Source of the DNA: Alphaproteobacteria bacterium
GTDB taxonomy: Bacteria; Pseudomonadota; Alphaproteobacteria; Bin95
Direction: 5' to 3'
DNA: 64,000 nt
Assembly: GCA_964291285.2 (NCBI GenBank)
Contig: OZ219786.1
Location: forward strand, 1,184,001 to 1,248,000
A model generated the notes under the pieces. That model made no database searches. It saw only the letters and a program-made list of their open reading frames with translations, and was not told where the DNA came from. The translations under genes and the position numbers were made by a program. Below, piece after piece: positions 27,801-35,492 of this stretch (positions within the stretch are counted from its first letter, which is position 1; each line of letters opens with the position of its first letter).

Positions 27801-29204
27801 GCGCGCGCGGCCCTCGACCGGCTGCATGAGGCGCTGGAGGCCGGGATCGACGGGCGGGCGGGGCTGACCGGCAGGACCGGCGACCGCGCGCCCGAATACG
27901 ACGATTGGCGCAAGGCGGCCGGGCGGCTGCTGTCCGCGGCGGACGGGATCGACGCGCAGGAAGAACGCCGGCGCCCGCATCTCGACGCCCGCCCGGCGGT
28001 GCGCGACGGGATCGCGGAGGCAAGGGAGGTATTGCGGGGCATTCTCGACGCGGACGCGGCCGTCCTCCCGGTGCTGGGCGAGTGGAAGGATCTGGAACGG
28101 CGCGCGCAGGAGGCCGGCAGGCACTGGTACCGGGAGCACGGCCGCGCCCATGTGCTCGGCCGCATGGCGGATCTGCCGCAACTGCCGCACATGGACGCCG
28201 CCCTGCGCGGGGGCATGGCCACCATCGTGGCGGAGGGCCGCGGCATCGCCGCCGCCGGGGAAAGGTTCGGACCGCTCGCCGCGAAGCTGCGGGACTGCGT
28301 CGAGAAGCGCGAGCGCCTGATCGGGGAGACCGGGGAGGACAGGGCGGTCTATTCCGTGCTTCCCCGGCTGGAGGCCTGGCGGGAGGAGGCCGGCGGGCTG
28401 CTGGCGGAGGCGCGCGGCCTTCTGGAGGCGGACGGCTCGTTCGCCCATGCCGGCGCCCTGCCCGAGCTGCGCGACGGCATTGCCCGCGACCGCAAGTCGC
28501 TGGAACGCGCGGTGGCGCTCGACGGGCGCCATGCCGCCTGCCTGCTGGAGAGGCTGGAGATCGTGGAGCGCGAGACCGATACGCCCCTCTTCTACCGCGA
28601 GGGCAATGACGCGGTCGTCCAGAGCATGCGGGAGTTGGCGGCCGAGCCCGACCTCGACGCCGAGGCGCGCGCCCTGCTGGAGCAGGCGGTCGCGGAGCAT
28701 GAGGCGGCGGCGGCGGCGGAGGCGGAGATGCTGCGCCTCTTGCGGGACCTCGGCGCCTGCCTGGCCCTGCGCGCGCGGCTGTCGGAGCGGGCGGCGGCGC
28801 GGCGCGAGAGCCCGGTCGACGACGAGGCCGCCTACCGGCCCTGGTCGGAGGAGGGGGAACGGCTCTGCCGGACGGCCGACCGTATCCTCGCGGAGGAGCG
28901 GTATGCGTCCCACCTTGACCGCTTCCCGGAGGCCCGCGGCATCATCGAACGGGACAGCAGGAGGCTCGGCCAGGCGCTGGAGACCGACGCGGCCTGGACT
29001 GCGTTCGCGCCCCGGCTCGAGAACTCCCGCCTGAACGTCCCGGAGCTGAGGCAGGTGGTCGAGGAGGCGAAGCGGATGCTGGACCGGCCCGAACTCGACC
29101 CCGGCGCCCGCCGGAAGCTCGAGATCCATGTCCGCGTCCGCGACCCGTCCCGCCACCGGGGCCTCTACCATGATATCGGCCCGGGCGGCGGCATCTCGAT
29201 GTAA
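24870..29204 (+). CDS. MobF (TrwC/TraI-type) relaxase-helicase
   Basis: HYFEQDGYY tyrosines, DITLSAPKSVS, HLASRNLDPQLHTH, FSTRR; helicase QGHAGTGKT, VDEASM, GDTGQL, HAAQGTT, SRAR. Confidence 0.95.
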   Translation: MVATVTDIGSASSTVHYFEQDGYYAKGDPEHRRASFWHGEAARALGLGRHVSPKKFHAILQGCVPGTDIRLGRLRDGEHQHRPGVDITLSAPKSVSLAALLHGDRRVVRAHDEAVRAALDRVEAELLQTRGWDPETRRRPRVKAHGMAAATFRHLASRNLDPQLHTHCVVANMTRNGAGEWRSIEATAIRRHKKLIGAHYRNELARRLEALGYGIVPVMIGPVPGFELEGYDREVREAFSTRRRDILEDIRRRGGAYSAARAQQAALYTRRRKAEPAMDELRRIWRRRAREAGLPSREAAARTRRGRRAERQAEARPVLPVHEAVWRAVAHLEERSSVFAAGDIAAHALGQAPGRYSLREAEAAVEELRRDGHLVAAALRGADRAFVTERALRAERGNIAWMREGAGAGAPAADGAAVERELAAGPLTEGQREAVRTILLARDRVVGVQGHAGTGKTAMLRETARLAGERKVVGLAPSMAAVRALEREAGIPARTLQWFLARHRDIGDRIASPERLAEARLAFGGAVLAVDEASMVSSAQMRQLMRISERIGIARLALVGDTGQLRSVEAGQPFRQLQRAGMATARMDEVLRQRDPDLREAVTAIREGEPAEAVEQLGGNVHEAESDELGEAAARLWLSLHPEARARTAILAPTHALREDINEAVREGLRDEGLLHGRVLEIERLVGLGLTRAQKADVANYRPGDVLVFHNDLYRFRVKADDACTVTGAQDGRVLLHHPDGRPRRIDPSKPVRYRYEAYETRPIRLQAGDRIRWTRNDRKRGLVNGSEAEVLAIGSRLVKIGTGDGRTLSMRREDPQLRHVDHAWSATLHAAQGTTRDNAIVVLDSGHGLPVDRAAFHVGISRARDNAVVLTDNREDLVEALEAHAGTAMTALEAVGEEIAPPAPLPIPAREALWPDLSAWRALEEEARRQGTIPFYVEGCADAVERLAELGRTPGVAAGVAAEAERVAGAHAAAGEARAALDRLHEALEAGIDGRAGLTGRTGDRAPEYDDWRKAAGRLLSAADGIDAQEERRRPHLDARPAVRDGIAEAREVLRGILDADAAVLPVLGEWKDLERRAQEAGRHWYREHGRAHVLGRMADLPQLPHMDAALRGGMATIVAEGRGIAAAGERFGPLAAKLRDCVEKRERLIGETGEDRAVYSVLPRLEAWREEAGGLLAEARGLLEADGSFAHAGALPELRDGIARDRKSLERAVALDGRHAACLLERLEIVERETDTPLFYREGNDAVVQSMRELAAEPDLDAEARALLEQAVAEHEAAAAAEAEMLRLLRDLGACLALRARLSERAAARRESPVDDEAAYRPWSEEGERLCRTADRILAEERYASHLDRFPEARGIIERDSRRLGQALETDAAWTAFAPRLENSRLNVPELRQVVEEAKRMLDRPELDPGARRKLEIHVRVRDPSRHRGLYHDIGPGGGISM

Positions 29205-29512
29205 GGCGCGGTGGCGGCCCGCCTTCCCGGCACAGTGCCGGGCGGGCCCCGGGCTTCCCCGAAGGCGTCCGGCAGCAGGCGGCGCACGCGCTCTTCCCGG
29301 CCGGTCGGGGCCGGCCGCCGGCCCGCATCCGATGACGAAGGGCGAGGCGTTCATGCCCGCCCCGGCCCCGTTTCGCCGCCCTGGCGAGCGGACAGGGCAG
29401 GTCGAGCGGTAACCCGGTAACCGGATCGGCGAAGCCGACGCGGTTCTCAGCCGGCGCCGTTTCCGCCCCTCCGTCCGCGACCCCGGGGGAACGCCCGCCG
29501 GCGGTTCCCGGT

Positions 29513-29599
29513 GCGGCGGCCCGGAGCGCCGGCCGCCGGGGCAGCCGAAACGGCGGCGGCCCGGAGCGCCGGCCGCCGGGGCAGCCGAAACGGCGGCGG
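29513..29599. repeat. 40-bp tandem direct repeat (about 2.2 copies)
   Basis: CCGGAGCGCCGGCCGCCGGGGCAGCCGAAACGGCGGCGG at 29521 and 29561. Confidence 0.95.
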
Positions 29600-29812
29600 A
29601 CCGGTTTCCGGCGTCCCGGTCCCCACCCCGTCCGGACCGTCGCAATCCTCTCCCGCGCGGCCGGCCGGGCGCCGCCGCCGGCCGTTCCCGGCGAACGCCG
29701 CCGTCCGGCCTGTCCGGCCGGAAGGTCGGGAAAGGGTTGTCGGGGCGATTGCTGCGGGGGGCGTCCGTGCGACCGGCTCCCGCGCCCGTCCCGCCAGCAG
29801 GAGACGTCGCCC

Positions 29813-31117
29813 ATGTCCGGCATGCCGGCTTCCGCTCATATCCATCCGCCCGCCGAAGCAGCGGGCTTCCATTGCTGCAGGGCCAGCTCCGGCAACGCCA
29901 CCGGGGCCGCGCCCGCCCGGCGGTCCAACGCCTCGCGCGCCCGGGACCGGCTTGCGGCGCGCGGCCTCTGTTTGAACTGTGGCAAGGTTTCCCCGCCCGA
30001 CGGGGCGAAATACTGCCCGGAATGCCAGGAGCGCCGCCGCGCCAGCGACCGCAAGGCCGCCCGCAAACGCCGCCTGCTTCGGAGCAACCGCGGCCTCTGT
30101 CAGGAATGCGGCGCCACGCCCGAAAAGCCCCGCCGGCGGCTCTGCGAGGCCTGCAACGAAAAACATCTCGCGCTCAGCCGCCGGCGCCTGCAGGAGCGCA
30201 AGGATGAACGGCGCCAGGCCGGCCTCTGCGTGCAGTGCGGGAACGGGGCGCCCGCTGAAGGCAATGCGTGCTGCGACGACTGCCTCGCCGCGCGCCGGCG
30301 GATATACCGCGCCCGGATCGACCGCCGCCGCCGGCAGGCCGACCGCTCGCTCTGCATCGAGTGCGGCGAGGCCCCGCCGGTTCCCGGCAGCCGCCGCTGC
30401 CCGGACTGCCGGCCGCTTCCCGCCGAACGGGACAAGCAGGCCGCCAGACGCCGCAGGGACGCCCGACGCGCCGTCGGATTGTGCCTCGATTGCGGCCGCC
30501 ACCCCGCCGCGCCCGGGCGCCTGGCCTGCGACGCCTGTCTTGCCGTCTCGCTGGACGGGTACAACCGCAGGGTGCTCGCCCGGGCCTCCCGGGGGCTCTG
30601 CATCCGCTGCGGCAAGGCTTCTCCCGCCGAGGGCTCGACAAGGTGCCGGCCCTGCCGGGACGAGCGCCGCACCACCGAGCGCGCGAGATGGCATCGCAGG
30701 ATCGCCGAGGCCCGCGCCCGGGGCGTTTGCATCCATTGCACGAAGCGGCCTCCCGACCCCGGGTTCGACTCATGCACGGAATGCCGCGAGGCGCGCCTCG
30801 CCACCGACCGCCGCCGCTACCATGCCGTGACCCGCGAGCGCCTGTCTGCCGGCCTCTGTCCGCGCTGCGGCGTCCGCGAGCCCGAACCCCTCATGCGGGA
30901 ATGCGGCCCCTGCCGCGACCGGCAGCGCAGCTACGCGTATCGCGGCATGCCCGACCTGCCGACGCAATACACCGTGATCGGGATCGCCGACGGCGCAGAC
31001 CACGGCACCTGGGAGACTCCGATGGAGGTCGCCGCCGCGCTGGCCTTCGCCAAGCTCACGCTCGACGACGTCGAGATCGTGACCGACGCCGGCCCGGCCG
31101 TCTTTGCCGGCCGCTGA
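29813..31117 (+). CDS. Tandem C4 zinc-finger-like repeat protein (8 units)
   Basis: RBS AGGAG; eight units of (G)LCxxC-x11-CxxC joined by Arg-rich linkers of 20-24 aa. Confidence 0.85.
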   Translation: MSGMPASAHIHPPAEAAGFHCCRASSGNATGAAPARRSNASRARDRLAARGLCLNCGKVSPPDGAKYCPECQERRRASDRKAARKRRLLRSNRGLCQECGATPEKPRRRLCEACNEKHLALSRRRLQERKDERRQAGLCVQCGNGAPAEGNACCDDCLAARRRIYRARIDRRRRQADRSLCIECGEAPPVPGSRRCPDCRPLPAERDKQAARRRRDARRAVGLCLDCGRHPAAPGRLACDACLAVSLDGYNRRVLARASRGLCIRCGKASPAEGSTRCRPCRDERRTTERARWHRRIAEARARGVCIHCTKRPPDPGFDSCTECREARLATDRRRYHAVTRERLSAGLCPRCGVREPEPLMRECGPCRDRQRSYAYRGMPDLPTQYTVIGIADGADHGTWETPMEVAAALAFAKLTLDDVEIVTDAGPAVFAGR

Positions 31118-31250
31118 CGTCCGTTTCCCCTCTCCCGGCCCTGGCGGTATCGACGCCGGAAGAAGGTGGGGAAAGGGTTTTCGATGCGATCCCTGCGGGT
31201 GGCCGGGCGGCCGGCTCCCGCTCCCCTTCCTCCAACAGGAGATTATCGAC

Positions 31251-31565
31251 ATGCCCGCCACCAATGCGTCCGCCTTCCGCCCCGGTGCGAACAGCTTTCT
31301 GGTCCACGTGTTCGGACGCGGCCTGCAGGACGACCACTATGTGGTCGAGCGGTACCGCACCGGCATCGACGGTGACATCCGCCGGCTGCCGGGCGGCAAG
31401 GGCCGTCCGCTGACCCTGTCGCTGGAGACCGTCCGCGAGCTGCGCCCCGCGCGCAACGAGATCCTCATCTGCAAGGGCGAGAAGAGGGCCGACTCGGGGG
31501 TGCAATATTGGGGCAGTTCCGCAATCTGGGGCCATATGCTGGAGCGGAGCCGGTTCCCCCGCTGA
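31251..31565 (+). CDS. Hypothetical protein
   Basis: RBS CAGGAG; GC3-biased ORF MPATNASAFRPG... Confidence 0.7.
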   Translation: MPATNASAFRPGANSFLVHVFGRGLQDDHYVVERYRTGIDGDIRRLPGGKGRPLTLSLETVRELRPARNEILICKGEKRADSGVQYWGSSAIWGHMLERSRFPR

Positions 31566-31782
31566 CGGCAATGGCAGGGACCCGGGTGCGGGCGGCATCG
31601 CTCCGTCCGCGCCCCCTTCGCCCCGCCCGCCGGGTGAGTTCCGCAACGTCCTTCGCCCGGCATCCCGATCCCCGCCTACCCTGTCCCGGCCTGCGCTGGC
31701 ATCGACGCCGCAAGGTCGGGAAAGGGCTTTTCGGGGTGAGTTGCAACGACTCGCAAACAACCTCTCGCAAGGAGAAATCATC

Positions 31783-32196
31783 ATGAACGGCCTCAATCGC
31801 GTCGACCTGATCGGCAATCTGGGCGCGGACCCCGAGTTCCGCAGCCTCCCCGGCGGCGGCGAAGTCGCCAATTTCAGCATCGCCACCAACGAAGGCTACC
31901 GCGATCGCCAGTCCGGCGAATACAGGCAGCAGACCGAGTGGCACCGGGTCACCGTCTTCCAGGAGGGCCTGGTGGCCATGCTGCGCAAGCACGCCGCCAA
32001 GGGCCGCCAGGCGCACGTCACCGGCAAGCTGCGCACCCGGAAGTGGAAGGACCGCGACGGCAACGACCGCCATACCACCGAGATCCTGGTCGGCCCGCGC
32101 GGCGCAATCAACTTCCTCGACCCCAGGCCGGAGCGGGCCGACAACCGGCCGCCGGCGCCGCCCCCGGAAGCATACGAGATGGACCTCGCCGCCTGA
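31783..32196 (+). CDS. ssb: Single-stranded DNA-binding protein
   Basis: LNRVDLIGNLGADPE, NFSIATNE, TEWHRV, GKLRTRKW; RBS AAGGAG. Confidence 0.95.
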   Translation: MNGLNRVDLIGNLGADPEFRSLPGGGEVANFSIATNEGYRDRQSGEYRQQTEWHRVTVFQEGLVAMLRKHAAKGRQAHVTGKLRTRKWKDRDGNDRHTTEILVGPRGAINFLDPRPERADNRPPAPPPEAYEMDLAA

Positions 32197-32216
32197 GGCA
32201 TCGTCATCGCCACTAC

Positions 32217-32251
32217 GCCCCGGGGCCTGCGGGTTCCGGGGCTTTTCCTTT
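32217..32251 (+). terminator. Intrinsic terminator after ssb
   Basis: GCCCCGGGGCC..GGTTCCGGGGC stem followed by TTTTCCTTT. Confidence 0.75.
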
Positions 32252-32407
32252 GTACGTTCAGCACGTCGCCCCGACTCCGGTCCGGGGCGTTTATTCTTGT
32301 ACCCGGTCCCGCGCCTGTCTTCATTGCGGGGAAATCCGCGCGGGCGCCACCGGGGGCGCCGTCCCGTTTCCCGTCCGCCGCCTTCCTTTCGCATGTCCGT
32401 GCGAGGC

Positions 32408-32854
32408 TCAGCGGCGGCGCGCCTTGTCCGCATACCGGCGGGCAAGCTCCGAGCCCCGGGCCTCGCCGAAGGCATCCAGCAGCAGGCGGCGCATCCGCTC
32501 TTCATGCCCCATCTCGACCATGTCGGTCATGAGCCGTTCGAGCAGCACGCCGAGCACCGCCGGCAGGTCCGCCATGCCCGCCGGATCGGGCGCGGCCGGA
32601 CCCAGCCAGCGTTCCGCGATCCCGGCGACGCGGTCGTGCAGCCGGCGCTGTTCCTCCCGGCCGAGGGCAAGCGACGGCAACGGGCCGGCCCCGTCTTCGG
32701 CAGCGTCGAGTTCGACCGTCAGGCCGCACTCGATCACGTAGGGCGAGAGGTTCATGCCGGCCGCGGCCGCGCGCGTGGCGATCTCGTCGCGCTGCAGGTC
32801 CGTGCAGGAAAAGGACCGCACGATCTTCTTCACCCCGGAGCGCGGGCGCCTCAC
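32408..32854 (-). CDS. Ribbon-helix-helix (MobC-like) protein 3
   Basis: RSFSCTDLQRDEIATRAAAAGMNLSPYVIECGL; GTGA overlap with upstream stop. Confidence 0.72.
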   Translation of the reverse strand: MRRPRSGVKKIVRSFSCTDLQRDEIATRAAAAGMNLSPYVIECGLTVELDAAEDGAGPLPSLALGREEQRRLHDRVAGIAERWLGPAAPDPAGMADLPAVLGVLLERLMTDMVEMGHEERMRRLLLDAFGEARGSELARRYADKARRR

Positions 32855-33171
32855 GGCGCCTCTCCCGGGTCTTCGGGCGCGAACAGCCGGCAGAGCAACG
32901 CAACCGCCTCGAACGCCGCCATGTCCATGCCCGGCAGCGGCGCCAGCATGGTCCGGCTGCAAAGGTCGAGCCGCGCCACCCGGTCGAACAGCTCCCGCTG
33001 TTCCTCCGCCGTCAGCACCAGAGGCTCGCCCGCCCGCCCCCCGGCCTCGCGCTTCAGCGCGCACGCCACCAGGAACGGCGAGACCTTCATGCCCGCGGCC
33101 TTCGCCCGCGCCTGGATGCGCGACCACTGCGCCGGCGTCGGATAGAGGCAGCGCGACTTCGCCTGCTTCAT
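32851..33171 (-). CDS. Ribbon-helix-helix (MobC-like) protein 2
   Basis: RCLYPTPAQWSRIQARAKAAGMKVSPFLVACAL; RBS GGGAGG. Confidence 0.72.
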   Translation of the reverse strand: MKQAKSRCLYPTPAQWSRIQARAKAAGMKVSPFLVACALKREAGGRAGEPLVLTAEEQRELFDRVARLDLCSRTMLAPLPGMDMAAFEAVALLCRLFAPEDPGEAP

Positions 33172-33196
33172 GACAACCTCCCCCGGTATGGCGCGC

Positions 33197-33535
33197 TCAC
33201 GCCAGTTCCTCCTGCCGGGCGAGCCATGTCTCCACTTCGGCGGCGAGCGCGCCGCGCTCCTCCGAGAGGCGCGCGGCCGCCAGCCTCTCCTCCTCCAGCC
33301 GGCCGAGCAGCAGCACCTCGCGCGCCACCCGCCGCCAGACCGCCGCCGGCAGCCCGCCCGGCCCCCGGTCCGGCGGCGGACCCGGGTCCTCCTCCGCAAG
33401 CCGGTGGACGATGAAGCGCGACACCGGCATGCCCGCTTCGTCCGCCCGCGCCTTCAGCCGGCGCCACTCGCTGTCGGTCAACGTGACCGCGCGCTGGCGC
33501 CGCCGGTCCTCCCTGTCCCTCGTCATGAGCTTCAT
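33197..33535 (-). CDS. Ribbon-helix-helix (MobC-like) protein 1
   Basis: RAVTLTDSEWRRLKARADEAGMPVSRFIVHRL. Confidence 0.75.
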   Translation of the reverse strand: MKLMTRDREDRRRQRAVTLTDSEWRRLKARADEAGMPVSRFIVHRLAEEDPGPPPDRGPGGLPAAVWRRVAREVLLLGRLEEERLAAARLSEERGALAAEVETWLARQEELA

Positions 33536-33590
33536 CCTCTCCCGTCATCGCCTGTATGGTCGCGGCCGCGCCGCCGCAGGGGGACAGCCC

Positions 33591-34259
33591 GTGACCGACA
33601 GACCGCCCGAAACCGCCCTCGACCGCCTCAGGGCCGATCTGGCCCGCCGGAACGATCCGCCATCCCCCGCCCCGGCTCCCGAATCCCCTCCGGCCCCGGC
33701 CGCCGCACCGCCGCCGGTGAAGCCGACGCCCGCGAACCGGCCGGCAGCCGGGTCCGGGCAAGCGCCGCCGGCCCGCCGGCAGCCCTTGAGCGTGGACCGG
33801 GCATACCTCCTCCAGGAAACCGCCCGCCGCCGCGAACGCTCCCGGACCCGCATCAGGATCAACCTCACATGGGCGGCGGCCGTCACGCTTGCCATCGCCG
33901 TCCTCGTCACCGGCGCATACGTCTCCCCGACCCGTATGCAGGACGAGCTGTTCAGCCGCGTGTGGCCCTGGCGCGCCCATGTCTGGAACAAGTATGGCGG
34001 CGCCGTCATCTGGTGCATCAACGAGGCGCGCAAGACGAGCAGTTCCTTCACATGCCAGGTCCCGTTCCTCACCGACGGCCCCGACTGTCCCGTGCCCGAC
34101 ACGCAGGACGTCACCGCCGCATACCTCTGTCCGCCCTGGGAGAAATGGCCGACCGACCCCGCGCCGCGCCGCGCTGGAGCGCCGAGGGACCGCCGCTATG
34201 GAGCCGGTGAGGCGCGGGCGCTTCCCGTTTGGCGCCCCGGGCGCCCCCGAATTGCCTAA
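33591..34259 (+). CDS. Hypothetical single-TM protein with Pro-rich N-terminus and Cys-containing C-terminus
   Basis: GTG start; TM LTWAAAVTLAIAVLVTGAYV; four Cys in C-terminal part. Confidence 0.6.
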   Translation: MTDRPPETALDRLRADLARRNDPPSPAPAPESPPAPAAAPPPVKPTPANRPAAGSGQAPPARRQPLSVDRAYLLQETARRRERSRTRIRINLTWAAAVTLAIAVLVTGAYVSPTRMQDELFSRVWPWRAHVWNKYGGAVIWCINEARKTSSSFTCQVPFLTDGPDCPVPDTQDVTAAYLCPPWEKWPTDPAPRRAGAPRDRRYGAGEARALPVWRPGRPRIA

Positions 34260-34616
34260 CAATCATTCCGTATTTCTAGACAGAATACCCCTGGTAGACA
34301 ATAGGTATCGTCATTTGCCATGATTCGGCGGATCGCCATGCCTATCCTGGATACCTCCATGGACCAAAATGTTCCGGCAGCGATCCACGCGCGTATCCAC
34401 GGATTCTGCAATGCAGTTTCAGTTCCCCGGATTCAACCAACGGGCTCCCGCCACATCCACGATTGCTTCGTATGGCTTTCCGGCAACCCCCTTGACATGT
34501 GCTCCAAGCCCCTGTATCCGTTGCCGTACACGAGAGAAGGACGGCGCTTCCCAAAACATGAAACAATCGTGAAGATTGGTTGCTTCGTGTTACACCACCG
34601 TCACCCCCACTACACC

Positions 34617-34752
34617 ACCGTCACCCCGGACTTGATCCGGGGGCCAGCCCTGACCGTTCGCGTCCGCCGCGGCCGGTGGAGGCGGGGCCGGACCGCCTGA
34701 GGCTGCCGGGAGTGTCGGGGATAGGCCCCGGCTCGGGGGCCGGGGCGACGAC
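34617..34752. repeat. REP-like palindromic unit with degenerate inverted partner
   Basis: ACCGTCACCCCGGACTTGATCCGGGG identical to the unit at 45354; partner GGCCCCGGCTCGGGGGCCGGGGCGACG. Confidence 0.75.
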
Positions 34753-34814
34753 GGTGATGCAAGTCCGGGGCGACCCCCGCCTTCGCGGGGGCAGGAGATT
34801 TTCGTCGCCCCCGA

Positions 34815-35492
34815 TTACGGCTTCGGGGATGCGGCCGACGGCTTGTTGAGGCAGCGCAGCAATCGCGTGCAGCCGGTGCCCGCGACCGGCGGCGAGCGGT
34901 GCACGATGCCGCTGCCCGGTCCGCCGCAGCTTCCCTTGAAGACCGCCACGTCGTGGACCCGGAGCCGCTCCAGCGGTCCCTTGTACGATTTCTGCTCGCG
35001 CAGCGCCCGCCCGGCGTCGACCGGCCGGACCCACTCGGTGGCGGGGCCGCGGTATGTCGTCAGGAGGCGGGCCTCCACATAGTCGCGGTGGAACTTCCAG
35101 CAGGCATCGTGGCTGACGCGCTCCAGCCGGACATCGACGAGACCGCTTCGGGCGATCCCGGCGAACGCCGAGACGAGACCGCCGATATCCCCGAGCAGCA
35201 GGTCCCGCATGTCTCCCGGAGGCATGCCGCAGTCATCCAGATGCGGTTCCACCGCCCGCCGGAGACCGCCCGGCCGGACGAGAACCCGCAGGTCGGGAAG
35301 ACACGCCGCGTCCAGTCGTTCGAGCCAGGCCTGCAAGCGCCGGGGCAGCGCGCGGCGCCAGATCACGAGCTCCGTGCCGGGATTGGCGATGGCGCCGAGG
35401 CCTTCCGCCGCATCGCACATCCCGATGCCCGCGCCGGACGCGGCCGGCGCGCCGGCGAAACCGCCTTCCGGGGATACCGACGGACCGGTCAC
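34815..35492 (-). CDS. DUF1826-like protein
   Basis: [37 protein letters not shown]; coupled to a COG0523 gene. Confidence 0.85.
   Translation of the reverse strand: MTGPSVSPEGGFAGAPAASGAGIGMCDAAEGLGAIANPGTELVIWRRALPRRLQAWLERLDAACLPDLRVLVRPGGLRRAVEPHLDDCGMPPGDMRDLLLGDIGGLVSAFAGIARSGLVDVRLERVSHDACWKFHRDYVEARLLTTYRGPATEWVRPVDAGRALREQKSYKGPLERLRVHDVAVFKGSCGGPGSGIVHRSPPVAGTGCTRLLRCLNKPSAASPKP

Noticed and set aside
29513-29599. CRISPR array
   Set aside because: Adjacent tandem copies with no spacers and no cas genes in the window.
24723-29645. 1640-aa minus-strand ORF
   Set aside because: Antisense shadow of the relaxase.
29813-31117. Multiheme cytochrome or polyferredoxin interpretation
   Set aside because: No CxxCH, no CxxCxxCxxxC and no signal peptide.
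34260-34610. ORFs in the lower-GC patch
   Set aside because: No motif, RBS or codon-bias support; may be an element boundary but no att repeat was found.
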